Positions 28,440 to 38,814 of a stretch of DNA of 64,000 nt are shown in pieces. Position numbers and translations under genes: made by a program. How positions within the stretch are numbered: the first letter of the stretch is position 1; each line of letters starts with the position of its first letter. The notes beneath the pieces were generated by a model. The model was given only the letters and a program-made list of their open reading frames with translations. It was not told where the DNA came from and ran no database searches. Origin of the DNA: Candidatus Latescibacterota bacterium (GTDB lineage Bacteria; Latescibacterota; UBA2968; GCA-2709665); assembly GCA_965226795.1 (NCBI GenBank), contig CBDDDZ010000005.1:2464001-2528000 (forward strand), written 5' to 3'.

Positions 28440-29759
28440 TCAAGCAAACATCTCCTTACCGAGTGTAATGCCGTGCGCTACTACCGGGTCTTCGGTTCGT
28501 CCGCCTCGCGCCAACCGGCGGGATAACTCCGAGGCCAGCATTTCACCCATTTCCCGTGTTATCTCCGGCATCTCCCGCGCCAGGTTGTGCCGCTCTCCGG
28601 GATCGCCGTTCAAGTCATACAGTTCCCGCATAGGATTACCGTAAAAATCCGGCTCCCGGGCGACAATCAGCTTCCATCCCCCTTCACAAACAGCCCATTT
28701 GGCCATCCACGTACACTCCTGTGTGAGCAGCAGTTCCCCGTCCCCCTTGTCCGGCTCCCCGCGAATGAAGGGAAGCATCGAACGCCCATCCATCTTGTGA
28801 GGGACCGGCAGACCGGCGCCCTCGAGAACAGTCGGCGCCAGATCCGTGTGTTGAACCAGTGACCGGACGCGGGTTCCATTGAAGTCGACGCCCGGCCAGC
28901 GCACAATTAACGGCACGTGGATGTCACTCTCGTACAATCCATGGTGATCGAAGTAGATGCCATGCTCACCCAATTCCTCACCGTGGTCGCCAAAAATGAA
29001 CACCGCTGTCTCTTCCGCGATACCCAACTCATCAAGCACCCCCAGCAACTCCTGAATTCCATCGTCCACGCACCTCACTTCGGCATCGTATTGACTGCGC
29101 ACAAATTCGATATCGGTTATCTGTGCGCCTGCTGCATCCGGCCACTCGGACGCCATCTGCCCGAGCCATCCGGACGTCCACCACTTTCTAAGGGGCCGCC
29201 GGTAAAAGCCGTCCAGGCTGCCCCTGTTTTCAACCGTCGGGTCGCCGGAATAAAAGAGGTCTCTATACCGGCGGGGAGGCATATAGGGCGTGTGGGGATC
29301 CCAATAATGCACGAAGAGAAAAAACGGCTCGCGGCCGCGGGCTTTCAGCCACTCGATGGCAAGTTCGTTAAACCGAAAACAATCGGGATACGTTCCCGAC
29401 TCCCGCGGATTCAGACAGACATCGAATCCTCTGGAAAACCAGGGTTTGTGATGCACTGCCAGATTGTCCACCGCCGCGGTGGCGTACCCGGCCCGTTGCA
29501 GAAATTCCGGCAGGAACGGCGCGTTCCCTCCTAAAGACCAGCGGCCCCGGTGCGCCACAATCCCATGCGAGGTCGGCCACTGTCCGGTGAACATGGTCGT
29601 AAACGAGGGCTGCGTTGGAATCGAAGGCGCATAACAGTTCTCGAACACCGCCGAGTGCCCTGCAAAGGTATCGATAAACGGGGTGGTTGGCCGGGCGTAC
29701 CCATAGCATCCGAGGCGATCGGCCCGCAGGCTGTCGACGGCAATCATCAAGAATTTCAT
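28440..29759 (-). CDS. Sulfatase-like hydrolase (alkaline phosphatase superfamily)
   Basis: DSLRAD, YWDPHTPY, GDHGE, DHHGLY motifs; the nucleophile motif reads PTQPSF rather than C/SxPxR. Confidence 0.85.
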   Translation of the reverse strand: MKFLMIAVDSLRADRLGCYGYARPTTPFIDTFAGHSAVFENCYAPSIPTQPSFTTMFTGQWPTSHGIVAHRGRWSLGGNAPFLPEFLQRAGYATAAVDNLAVHHKPWFSRGFDVCLNPRESGTYPDCFRFNELAIEWLKARGREPFFLFVHYWDPHTPYMPPRRYRDLFYSGDPTVENRGSLDGFYRRPLRKWWTSGWLGQMASEWPDAAGAQITDIEFVRSQYDAEVRCVDDGIQELLGVLDELGIAEETAVFIFGDHGEELGEHGIYFDHHGLYESDIHVPLIVRWPGVDFNGTRVRSLVQHTDLAPTVLEGAGLPVPHKMDGRSMLPFIRGEPDKGDGELLLTQECTWMAKWAVCEGGWKLIVAREPDFYGNPMRELYDLNGDPGERHNLAREMPEITREMGEMLASELSRRLARGGRTEDPVVAHGITLGKEMFA

Positions 29760-29802
29760 CCGCACACCTTCACTATGCATCCACACGGCCGGTGTCGCCA
29801 AC

Positions 29803-30696
29803 TCATTCCGCCGCGGTTTCTCCCGCCCGATCCACCCAATCCTCGAATTTCAACCCTTCGGACAGACGCCAGGCCGTGAAGTAAAGCGATGCCGTAAACT
29901 TCGCCGCCTCCCGCGCACGTTCCAAACCAAAGGCCGCCACACCGGGAACCGGGGTCCACGCGCCGTCACCCGCCGACGGCAGTCGATCCTCCAGGCCGTA
30001 CACGGCATCGATTAAAGACCTGCTGTTCTCGATCTGCGCAACAATACCAGCCATCAGGCTATCCAACACCACCGGCTTCTGTCCCCGAGCCAGGTCGCCG
30101 GGTGTCGGGTTAAGCCTGCGGATCAGGTCGTCCACTCTGGCATGTATGCCGGTCGGTTGCAAGGAGCCATCCGGGCCGGGCCGACCGTCATAGTACATCG
30201 TTACATGCAGCGGCTGGCACAGATCCTGGGCGTAATGCGCAATAAAACCCGCATACATCAGACACTTCGCCCTGATGAAGGGATTGTCCGGCCAGCGCCG
30301 GTGCTCTGCGAATGCCACCGCCAGCCTCTGCGTCCATTCAGCTACCGAAAAAGGGAGAAAACCCACCTTGTCCGGCGCGATGCCCTGGCTTGCGCATAAC
30401 TTCATAAACCCGTTCCGATCGCCCGGAAGCGACGGGTCCTTCAACCGTTCCGGATTGAAATAGTGCTCCGGACCCTCCGCATGGCGCACAATCGGCGTGC
30501 CGCGATTCCTCGCCAGGTCGGGGTCCCACGCGTAGTGCGCGATAGCGTCTCTGCCAGCCCGAAAGAAGCCCGGCATCTGCTCCGGCAGCGAGGCTACGGC
30601 CGCTTTGCTGACAATACTGTGCCCGCGGACCCACCAGCCACGGGCCTCGCCGTTTTGTAAAACGACCAGCATCAGGACACCAAGCCATCTTGCCAT
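29803..30696 (-). CDS. S1/P1 nuclease / Zn-dependent phospholipase C-like secreted protein
   Basis: Signal peptide then W..GH mature N-terminus; HY..D..QPLH and GIH motifs. Confidence 0.8.
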   Translation of the reverse strand: MARWLGVLMLVVLQNGEARGWWVRGHSIVSKAAVASLPEQMPGFFRAGRDAIAHYAWDPDLARNRGTPIVRHAEGPEHYFNPERLKDPSLPGDRNGFMKLCASQGIAPDKVGFLPFSVAEWTQRLAVAFAEHRRWPDNPFIRAKCLMYAGFIAHYAQDLCQPLHVTMYYDGRPGPDGSLQPTGIHARVDDLIRRLNPTPGDLARGQKPVVLDSLMAGIVAQIENSRSLIDAVYGLEDRLPSAGDGAWTPVPGVAAFGLERAREAAKFTASLYFTAWRLSEGLKFEDWVDRAGETAAE

Positions 30697-30768
30697 ATAG
30701 AACCCCTTGTAGCTGCATCAACTCTTTGCAGGCTGTCGGGAACACGCCTATTCGGAATTCCGGATCCG

Positions 30769-30797
30769 AAGTTACATCGGAGCGTCTTTTTTGTCAA
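30769..30797 (-). promoter_or_regulatory. Sigma70-like promoter for nuclease/sulfatase-like genes
   Basis: Minus strand TTGACA-N17-TAACTT. Confidence 0.55.
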
Positions 30798-30811
30798 CGA
30801 CTCGTTAACAG

Positions 30812-30841
30812 AAGCGGAGGCCCCGTGTGAGACCTCCGCTT
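30812..30841 (-). terminator. Hairpin immediately 3' of tRNA-Sec
   Basis: AAGCGGAGG..CCTCCGCTT inverted repeat. Confidence 0.55.
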
Positions 30842-30848
30842 CCGATAA

Positions 30849-30946
30849 TGGCGGGAATGTGTGGGAATCGAACCCACCCAGCGCGTGATTAGCACGCCGC
30901 AACGGGTTTGAAGCCCGCGAGGGCCACCAGTGCCCCATCCACTCCC
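30849..30946 (-). tRNA. selC: tRNA-Sec (anticodon TCA)
   Basis: GGGAGTGG..GCGGG-CTTCAAA-CCCGT anticodon arm, long variable arm, GTGGG-TTCGATT-CCCAC T arm, GCCA end; directly downstream of selB. Confidence 0.96.
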
Positions 30947-31075
30947 GCACAAAGTGCAGGCTGCCGGCGATCATGGCATCCTGTCTGATGTACGGCAGAG
31001 ACATCTACAGCGACCGAAATCCTGCCGGAATCCAAAATGCGGCAAGCGATTCGATTCCTGAATCGACCCACGCAT

Positions 31076-32974
31076 CTATCCGGCAAGCACCCTGACGTCC
31101 CCCTTCCTCATTGTGACGCCCTTATTGTCGAAATAGTTCAACAACGGAACGGCATATTTGCGCGTAGTGCCGACCAGATCGCGGAAGGCCGAAACACTCA
31201 TTTCTCGGTTTCGCTGCAGATAACCCACGAGCCCCTGCTCAATCTCCTCCAGCGTGCGTGGAGGAAACATCAGGTTCTCGTCGAGCCTCACAATCTCCCC
31301 CATGGACTGCATGGCGGCTGCGACAGCCTGAACTTCGGCAGATTTTTCCGCCAAGTGTGTGCCAATTTCATTCAAATCGGGAGGCGCCGCCCGGCCTGCC
31401 TGCAGATGCACCAGAATTTTCTCTCTGATCCGGTCCTGTTCCCCTGAAAACTGGATCCGATGATCGGCCATACGCAACAGAGGACCCGCGGGCATCAACA
31501 CCTTCTGCGAGAGCAGACAGTCGATTGCATACTCAAATAGACCAGCCGGCGGCTTTCCGACCACCTGCAGGCGAAGTTCGCTGTGTGAAACCCCCGCCTT
31601 GAGGGGGTTGGCCCGATGGTAGGTCGACAACGCGTCCTTTATAAGCTGCAGTAGCGACTGCCACGAGTCCGTATGGACGTAGTTGGCCTCTCCCGCGTGG
31701 CGAAAGCCGAATGCCTCTCCATCCGCCAGCAGACCCTTCAGCCGATCGTTTGTCTCGGACAGAGACAGGCCCAACGCCGCCGAAAGGTCTCTGGCAGAAA
31801 GGGCGCGAAATCCCGCCGCCTTCAGCCGAAGGCTCAATACCCGGGTCGGATCCTCGACCTCGAACCCACGCAGCCTTTCCAGTGTTTCCTCTCGGAAACG
31901 GCGATGCTTCACCGGCTGTACATCCAGCACCACCCCGCCCCCCAGCGTCTGTACGGGAGAATAACGTCGGATCACATAACGGTCTCCCCGGGCGGCCACC
32001 CCGCGCACCTCAAGGCGGAACTGCACCAACTGAGACTCCCCGGGCCGCAACTCGTCGGCCTCCAGAAGAATCACACGCGCCAGCACTTCTCGAGGACCGA
32101 GGTGCAGATGCACACGCGCCCGGTTCTTAAGCGACACCGGCGCATCCTTCAGCAACCATAAACGGGCGTCAAGCATATAGGTGGAACTGAAATAGCCCTG
32201 CTGCGCCAGAAGATCGCCCCGAGTGACCTGATCCACTTCCGCGTCGGCCAGATTGATCGCCGCTCGATGACCGACGTAGGCCGCATCCACGTCCCTGCCA
32301 TGCACCTGCACGCCGCGCACCCGTACAGCCCGGTCCGCGGGCTGAAGCATCACCACGTCCTTCACCCGAACCTGGCCGGACAGTACGGTGCCGGTCACGA
32401 CCGTACCGAATCCCCGGATCGTGAACACCCGATCCACGGGCAGACGGAACACACCGCCATCCGGACGCGCCTCCACCTTCTCGATTTCCTCTTCCAGCAA
32501 TGTGCGGAGCGTCTGAATCCCCTCGCCGGTCACTGCAGACACCGGCACGATCGGCGCGCCATCCAAAAACGTGCCTTCAAAAAGATCGCGTAAATCCTCC
32601 GCCACCAGGTCCGTCCAATCCGGCTCCACCAGGTCCACCTTATTCAGCGCCACAACGCCCCGCCGCACACCCAGAAGACTCAGAATACCCAGATGCTCAC
32701 GTGTCTGGGGCATGGCCCCGTCATCCGCCGCGACCACAAACAACGCGAGATCCACCGTGCACACGCCCGTCACCATATTCTTCACAAACCGTTCGTGACC
32801 GGGCACGTCGATTATTGTGACATGGTCCTTCCAGTATGCAAATCCGATATCGATCGTCACCCCCCGGTCCTTCTCCTGCGGGAGCGTATCCGTATCGATA
32901 CCCGTCAGCGCCTTGATCAGTGCGGTCTTGCCATGATCGATATGACCGGCCGTACCGATGATCACGTGTGACAT
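31076..32974 (-). CDS. selB: Selenocysteine-specific elongation factor
   Basis: [24 protein letters not shown]-terminal winged helix [14 protein letters not shown]. Confidence 0.97.
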   Translation of the reverse strand: MSHVIIGTAGHIDHGKTALIKALTGIDTDTLPQEKDRGVTIDIGFAYWKDHVTIIDVPGHERFVKNMVTGVCTVDLALFVVAADDGAMPQTREHLGILSLLGVRRGVVALNKVDLVEPDWTDLVAEDLRDLFEGTFLDGAPIVPVSAVTGEGIQTLRTLLEEEIEKVEARPDGGVFRLPVDRVFTIRGFGTVVTGTVLSGQVRVKDVVMLQPADRAVRVRGVQVHGRDVDAAYVGHRAAINLADAEVDQVTRGDLLAQQGYFSSTYMLDARLWLLKDAPVSLKNRARVHLHLGPREVLARVILLEADELRPGESQLVQFRLEVRGVAARGDRYVIRRYSPVQTLGGGVVLDVQPVKHRRFREETLERLRGFEVEDPTRVLSLRLKAAGFRALSARDLSAALGLSLSETNDRLKGLLADGEAFGFRHAGEANYVHTDSWQSLLQLIKDALSTYHRANPLKAGVSHSELRLQVVGKPPAGLFEYAIDCLLSQKVLMPAGPLLRMADHRIQFSGEQDRIREKILVHLQAGRAAPPDLNEIGTHLAEKSAEVQAVAAAMQSMGEIVRLDENLMFPPRTLEEIEQGLVGYLQRNREMSVSAFRDLVGTTRKYAVPLLNYFDNKGVTMRKGDVRVLAG

Positions 32975-34395
32975 GAGACTGACTCCACACCAACCCCCAC
33001 CGCCCGGAGCAGCGCGGCCTCGACGTGGCGCAACTCGCCTGCAGCCACCGTCCGCAAATCCAGAAACAGTCGATCGTCCCGCACATATCCGAGTACCGGC
33101 GGGTCGTCCGCGCGCAGTCGGGCCGCAAGGTCGGTCACGGATGCACCCTTTAAAGACACACTTAGCGCCACGCTGGCGATTTCCTCCAGCGGCATGGCAC
33201 CGCTCCCCGTCTGGGCGATTGAATCCACCAGTTCAACCCGCAGCCCTTTTTCCTGCAGCCCGCTCAGCCGCGACAGGCTCCGTCGGCCCCGTCGCTTCAG
33301 GTTCGAGACAGGCTCCGTCAACATCCCAAGCGTGGGATGCCCGCGCATCAATTCCTCCCGGTTCAGGAAAAGCCGCAACGTTGCCGAAAGCGCGGCGTAG
33401 GTCAGTTTGCCGCACCGCAGCGCCCGCATAAGCGGATTCAACCGGATCCTCTCAATGGCGTCTCTCCTCCCCACCACAATGCCCGCCTGGGGGCCGCCCA
33501 ACACCTTGTCGGCGCTGAACGTTACCACGTCGGCGCCAGCCGCCACGCTGTCCGATACCAGGGGCTCGTGCGGCAGCCCGAACTCGCGCATGTCCACCAG
33601 AGCACCGCCACCCAGGTCGTGGACCACGGCCACACCGCGACGATTGCCCAGCGCAACCAGATCCGCCAGCGAAACCGCGGCCGTAAAGCCCATCACCTTG
33701 TAGTTGCTGGGGTGTACCGCCAGCATCAGGCCGGCGCGCCGGGTAAGGGCCGCCTCGTAATCCCGCAAATGGGTCCGGTTGGTTGTGCCTACCTCAACCA
33801 TAACGGCGCCGCTGCGCTCCATGATTTCGGGGATGCGGAAGGATCCTCCGATTTCGATCAATTCGCCTCGTGACACCAACGCCTCTTTACCCAGACACAA
33901 GGAATTCAGAGACAACAATACGGCGGCCGCGTTGTTGTTGACCACGGCTGCCGATTCCGCGCCCGTTAACGCGCACAGCAACTCCTCAACCAGCGCCGCA
34001 CGGGATCCGCGCCGGCCGGTTTCAAGATCCACCTCCAGATTGCTGTACCCCGTGGCGACTCTGGCGACCGCCTGGGCCGCCGCATCGGCCAGCGGCGCGC
34101 GTCCGAGGTTTGTGTGCAACACGATTCCGGTGGCGTTTACCACCCGCTTGAGCCCGGGATCGGTTATGCGCGCCACCCGCAGACAGGCCTGGCGCACCAC
34201 CCGCACCACGAGCGCATCCCTGGATTCACCGTTCGCATCACCGCCGAGCATGGCCTGTCGGACGGCGTCGATACCCTCGCGCACGAAACGCGTGACCAGC
34301 GGCTGATCGCAACGCTCGAGCAACGCCTGGACCTCGGGCTCGGCCAGCACAGCGTCAACCGACGGAATCAATGACAAGTTGGCATGTCCTGCCAT
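32962..34395 (-). CDS. selA: L-seryl-tRNA(Sec) selenium transferase
   Basis: VVNATGIVLHTNLGRAP, SRGELIEIGGSFRIP, EVGTTNRT, DKVLGGPQAG. Start may be up to 34416. Confidence 0.97.
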   Translation of the reverse strand: MAGHANLSLIPSVDAVLAEPEVQALLERCDQPLVTRFVREGIDAVRQAMLGGDANGESRDALVVRVVRQACLRVARITDPGLKRVVNATGIVLHTNLGRAPLADAAAQAVARVATGYSNLEVDLETGRRGSRAALVEELLCALTGAESAAVVNNNAAAVLLSLNSLCLGKEALVSRGELIEIGGSFRIPEIMERSGAVMVEVGTTNRTHLRDYEAALTRRAGLMLAVHPSNYKVMGFTAAVSLADLVALGNRRGVAVVHDLGGGALVDMREFGLPHEPLVSDSVAAGADVVTFSADKVLGGPQAGIVVGRRDAIERIRLNPLMRALRCGKLTYAALSATLRLFLNREELMRGHPTLGMLTEPVSNLKRRGRRSLSRLSGLQEKGLRVELVDSIAQTGSGAMPLEEIASVALSVSLKGASVTDLAARLRADDPPVLGYVRDDRLFLDLRTVAAGELRHVEAALLRAVGVGVESVSCHT

Positions 34396-34485
34396 ATTTC
34401 TCCCGATATTGGACACGACTTACGATGCACGGCGAAGGCAAATACGTGGACGGGATTGTGTCCGGCACACCCGAACGTCCTGTCT

Positions 34486-36708
34486 TCAGGGTACAATCCT
34501 GAACGAAATCTCCTTTGAAGCCCGATCATCTGACAACAAATCCGTGACCGCCACCTTGACCTGCTGCCCGCCCTCCTCCGTTTCGGTCAGGTCCAGTTCG
34601 ACGTAGGCAACTTCATCCGGCCGGTTGCCGGCCTGGTCGTAAGCAATTACGATTTCCTGATCCTTTTCGGACAGCCGGAACACCCGACCCAGTCCGTGCA
34701 GAATCTTTGCAGGGAGCGCCCTTTTTCGTCGCGACCGCAACGTATATTCCACTCGATAACGCGTTTGACCGAATGCATCCTGCTTCAAATTGTAAATTTC
34801 GAAATACACGAACGCATTCTGATGGCTCCGGAACGCCAGGGACGACATCGGAATGACCTTAAGGCCGTACTTAACATACTCTCCCGAGGGCTCGTCGGTC
34901 GGCTCCGTCGCAAAGGCCAGTTCGATATCGCTGACCAGCAGCCTGGATGGTTTGTGATAGTCCTCCAGAACAACCGCCTGCTGGTACACCTGAGATTTAC
35001 CGGAAACCACGTCCCTTACCTGTAGTGCCATATGGTATGTCCCCGCCGGCAAATGCACGGGCATAACGCCCGGAATGAATGCGCCGTCTGCAACTTGCTG
35101 GTCCGTGGGCGCCCTGAAGGCCATCTGATTCACCTCCCGATGAACTTCATTCCACAAACTGTCGTAGAAGGCCACGCCCCTGTCCAGCAAGATCAGATCC
35201 GTCTTCTCGTCCACGTTCAACCGAACCACCTCGGATGCCGGCAGCCCGTAGTAGACCTCCAGGCGCGTTTTGGACTCCGGACCCTTGAAGTCGGCCGGAT
35301 AGTAGTAGAAATCGATTGGCAGATCGGCAAAATCGGGCGAATAGAGTGACGGCCGCCTGGCCACGACATTCTGCATCACCACCCCGCCCTGAAAATCGGC
35401 CAGGTGGACACCGAGATGGGGCGCGATCTGTAGCGGAAACGGGGCGTAATCGTAACGTCTGCCCTCAAAGACCTCCGCGAAAGTGATCTCTATTCCGCCG
35501 TCCAGCTGCGCATAAATCCAATATTCCCACTTGGCATTCGCAGCAACCGGAAAGATTGGGAGCCCCGGTGAAATGGCCAGCGCGATACGAGACCGGTTCA
35601 CGAAATTCACGCGCGCTTCCTGTAGCTCCCGATTCCGTTCGGCCTTAACATCGTCCCATCTGCTGACGTGGTCCGGATTTCCCAGCCGGATGAAAACCTC
35701 GCCCCGCTTATCCCAGCCGCCATCCGGCCTCGCGAAGTGTTCCAGCGCGTAGGCTACCCGGCGATAGTTCTCCAGAAGACGCTCGTTTTCAGGGGTGAGC
35801 GGCGTCGGATCGCGCCGGTTCCAGAACTGCATGGCGAGCGCATCCTTTTCCTCCGGTGACGCCGCCTCGTAACGCGCGAGATCCTTGTCGGCCGCCACCA
35901 GAGAAATGTCTCGATATCTGCGCCGTTCGGCTTCGGTAAGAAAGGAGAAATAGTCCTCGAACAGTTCGTTCGCGCGCTCGAAATCCCGATTTATCAGGCC
36001 GATGATCGCAAGGTCGCGACCGGCGAGAATCCCGGCATCGCCGCCGGCCTTGAGCAGCCCTGAGAGCGTATTGACTGCCTCGTTGCCTTCCCCTAGCAAG
36101 AGCCATAAATTGGCCAGCCGAATTCCCGCGTGCGGGTGTGACGGATTTACGTCCATCTCCCGCTGGTAGGCGGAAATCGCCTCGTGTCGCTTGCCGTCGT
36201 TTTCCAGCAACAGCCCCACCTGGTAATGCGCGTCTGGGTAGTCCGCATCGATTTCAATCACTTTCTCAAACGCATCCCGAGCCCGGTGCCGCCGTGTTTC
36301 CAGGTAGACCCCCGCCAGGTGATACTGCGCCTCGGCCATTTCCGGATCGGCCTTGAGGGCTCGCCTGAAATTAGTCTCAGCGCGTCTGAATCCCTGCTTT
36401 GAAGCCACATAAGCCAATCCCAGCCCGTTGTACCCGGCCGCTTTCGCGCCTTTTTTCACGGCCTTTCTGAACGCCTTTTTGGCCGCCTTCCGGTTGCCGG
36501 CACCCAGATACGCATGTCCAAGAAGAACGTGATCCTGCGCCGTTTCGTTGCCCGTGTTGATTACCTGCTTCAGCACGGCAATAGCCCGCTCCGGCCGGCC
36601 CCGCTTTACGGCCGCTTCTGCCTCGACCCGAAGAGAATCCACCGGCGCCGCTGTCACCCCGGACCCGAACGGAACAATCGAGACAAAAAGAGCAATAATC
36701 CACGTCAT
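34486..36708 (-). CDS. TPR + GWxTD-domain protein, exported
   Basis: Signal peptide, TPR repeats, FW..RDPTP.T.ENE..E..RR..YA..F and GWDKRGEVFIRLGNPD (GWxTD-like) motifs. Confidence 0.85.
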   Translation of the reverse strand: MTWIIALFVSIVPFGSGVTAAPVDSLRVEAEAAVKRGRPERAIAVLKQVINTGNETAQDHVLLGHAYLGAGNRKAAKKAFRKAVKKGAKAAGYNGLGLAYVASKQGFRRAETNFRRALKADPEMAEAQYHLAGVYLETRRHRARDAFEKVIEIDADYPDAHYQVGLLLENDGKRHEAISAYQREMDVNPSHPHAGIRLANLWLLLGEGNEAVNTLSGLLKAGGDAGILAGRDLAIIGLINRDFERANELFEDYFSFLTEAERRRYRDISLVAADKDLARYEAASPEEKDALAMQFWNRRDPTPLTPENERLLENYRRVAYALEHFARPDGGWDKRGEVFIRLGNPDHVSRWDDVKAERNRELQEARVNFVNRSRIALAISPGLPIFPVAANAKWEYWIYAQLDGGIEITFAEVFEGRRYDYAPFPLQIAPHLGVHLADFQGGVVMQNVVARRPSLYSPDFADLPIDFYYYPADFKGPESKTRLEVYYGLPASEVVRLNVDEKTDLILLDRGVAFYDSLWNEVHREVNQMAFRAPTDQQVADGAFIPGVMPVHLPAGTYHMALQVRDVVSGKSQVYQQAVVLEDYHKPSRLLVSDIELAFATEPTDEPSGEYVKYGLKVIPMSSLAFRSHQNAFVYFEIYNLKQDAFGQTRYRVEYTLRSRRKRALPAKILHGLGRVFRLSEKDQEIVIAYDQAGNRPDEVAYVELDLTETEEGGQQVKVAVTDLLSDDRASKEISFRIVP

Positions 36709-36850
36709 GGTCGGACCTTCCGGGAAAGAACACACAATAGGGTCATTAAGAAAATCTATCGAATCTGTTCCCCGTGCGCAAAGGATTTCTATGCATGGCG
36801 CACGGGCGAAGGGGTTGTTTGAAGTCCCTGGAAATCAGGACGCTTCGGCA

Positions 36851-36879
36851 TTGACAACGCACGAGGCAGGGTTTATCTT
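36851..36879 (+). promoter_or_regulatory. Sigma70-like promoter for galU
   Basis: TTGACA-N17-TATCTT. Confidence 0.6.
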
Positions 36880-36910
36880 TCTGGCCGGTATATCTTCGGA
36901 AGGATCTAAA

Positions 36911-37837
36911 ATGTGCGTCCGAAAAGTCGTCATTCCGGTTGCCGGGCTCGGCACCCGCTTATTGCCCACGACGAGAGCCCTGCCAAAAGAGATGCTGCCA
37001 GTAGGCAAATATCCCGCCATACAGCATGTCGTCGAGGAGTTGGTGCATGCCAATCTGAAGAAATGTCTCTTCATTACCTCTCACAACAAGACCATAATTG
37101 AAAACCAGTTCGATAATAATGTAGACCTCGCCTCCCAGTCGGAACAAAACCACGGCTGGAATGACCCGAGTAACTTCGACTACAGCCAGCGCGGTATCGA
37201 GTTTTTTTATACCCGGCAACAGGCGTTGTCCCCTACTATCAAGCTTCGGGGTACGGGTGCGGCGATACTCGCGGCCGAGAGTTTCGTGGACAAAGAGCAT
37301 TTCGCGGTTGCCTACGGCGATACCATCATCAACACCAGACAAAAGCCAAACTTTATGGCTCGAATGATCGAATGTCATCTCAGATACAATTCCGCCTGTA
37401 CCGTGGGCATCCGCCCCGTCACGTCCGATATGGTCGGACGCTACGGCATTGTCAAACCAGATTCGGAAGATGATCTGAACGCCGACAGCTTCTCCATAGA
37501 TGACCTTGTGGAAAAACCCGGCGCGGACGAAGCGCCCAGCCTTATGGCGGTGAGCGCCCGTTATGTCTTCAGCCCTGAAATCTTCGACGAAATCCGCAGG
37601 CTGACGCCGGTCAGAGGCGGCGAACTAGGTGTTACTGACGCCATTCGGGGCCTGATAAGACGGGGAAAGCCGGTCAGATGCGTGCGTTTGCTGCCCGACG
37701 AAACGAGGTACGATATCGGAAGCCACGTAAGTTACTACAAAGCGTTTATCGACTTTGCCCTTCAGGATCCCGAATGTGGAGAAAAAATTCAGGAATACCT
37801 TGAAGCCTGCGTAAAGCATATCGCAAAGAGGCCCTGA
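36911..37837 (+). CDS. galU: UTP--glucose-1-phosphate uridylyltransferase
   Basis: VIPVAGLGTRLLP.T..PKEMLP, LVEKP, RYDIG motifs. Confidence 0.9.
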   Translation: MCVRKVVIPVAGLGTRLLPTTRALPKEMLPVGKYPAIQHVVEELVHANLKKCLFITSHNKTIIENQFDNNVDLASQSEQNHGWNDPSNFDYSQRGIEFFYTRQQALSPTIKLRGTGAAILAAESFVDKEHFAVAYGDTIINTRQKPNFMARMIECHLRYNSACTVGIRPVTSDMVGRYGIVKPDSEDDLNADSFSIDDLVEKPGADEAPSLMAVSARYVFSPEIFDEIRRLTPVRGGELGVTDAIRGLIRRGKPVRCVRLLPDETRYDIGSHVSYYKAFIDFALQDPECGEKIQEYLEACVKHIAKRP

Positions 37838-37875
37838 TCCGACAGCCCGCAGGAAAAGCACCCTCGCCGACTCCA

Positions 37876-37912
37876 TAAAAAGAAGCCCTCCGGAGCACAG
37901 AGATCCGAAGGG
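37876..37912 (-). terminator. Intrinsic terminator (minus strand)
   Basis: CCCTTCGGA-tctctgtgc-TCCGGAGGG followed by CTTCTTTTT on the minus strand. Confidence 0.65.
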
Positions 37913-38074
37913 ATTAACTAAACGCAACATTAGACAGAAATATCGTCCGGGACGGGTATACACGACTGCCGGGTGTCTATCGATCGTATCGGCGTTTAAC
38001 CCCGCATTTACGTTGGTACGGGGTTCGACTTCTGTCGACAGATGTTCCCGTTATCCCCGGGTTCATTCGACCGT

Positions 38075-38530
38075 TCATCGCCTTACCTCATCGTCGCTCA
38101 CCAGTTTCTCGCCGTCGAAAATCATCTTATCCTTTTCGTAAATGCAGCCGGTCTCCTCTTCCAGTGCGTATTTCATCAACTGTCCGAGCGACATGTGGTT
38201 GAATACCTCTTTCGGGTCGTTGTATTTTTCAATCAGTTTTTCGATTGGACCCTCGAACTGGATCGCCCTGCGAACGGGTCGTTTCTTTTCGCGACGTTCC
38301 CGTTCCTCCTTGGTGAGGATGGGAAGGCGCTCCGCCGCCGGTCCAAGCCGGCTGGTATACTCCTGCCGCTGGCGAAACCGATCGTGCCGCTTCTCGAGTT
38401 CCGACTTATCCCCCACGTTGTCGTAATACGCCGAAACTTCGTCCGCCTTCTGCCTGAATCGCTCCTGTTCCTGATCCTTCAGTTCATCGTTTCCCACTTG
38501 CCGCATAATGTCCTTAACCGACTTGTTCAT
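38075..38530 (-). CDS. Hypothetical highly charged protein
   Basis: 151 aa, GGAGG RBS, own promoter; no family recognised. Confidence 0.75.
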   Translation of the reverse strand: MNKSVKDIMRQVGNDELKDQEQERFRQKADEVSAYYDNVGDKSELEKRHDRFRQRQEYTSRLGPAAERLPILTKEERERREKKRPVRRAIQFEGPIEKLIEKYNDPKEVFNHMSLGQLMKYALEEETGCIYEKDKMIFDGEKLVSDDEVRR

Positions 38531-38620
38531 TCATACCCCTCCAGATCGTTGGAACACCCGGGCACGCAAATGCATTAATTGCGGGGCGACAATATTTTCC
38601 GATGCAGATCCACGATAAAA

Positions 38621-38649
38621 AACATACACCGCGCCCCGGCTTTTGTCAA
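38621..38649 (-). promoter_or_regulatory. Sigma70-like promoter for the 151-aa hypothetical gene
   Basis: Minus strand TTGACA-N17-TATGTT. Confidence 0.6.
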
Positions 38650-38814
38650 CGGCTAATTTCCCGTCGTTACGCGGTCGCGATCCCGAAAACCGTTGACTCC
38701 GGCCGCCCTCCGGCGTAGTTTGTCGTCGGGCGAATACCCGGTCCGGTGCCCGGGACTCGCGAACCCCGTTTTCCTGCGCGCGGCCTTTCCCCAACCCATT
38801 CTAAGGAATTCAGG

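Noticed and set aside
30700..30860. Genomic island integrated at tRNA-Sec
   Set aside because: No integrase and no duplicated tRNA 3' end seen in the window.
37960..38090. 6S RNA on the minus strand
   Set aside because: Weak GAACC..GGGA resemblance only; no long closing stem, too short, and not in the usual zapA/rny/ygfA context.
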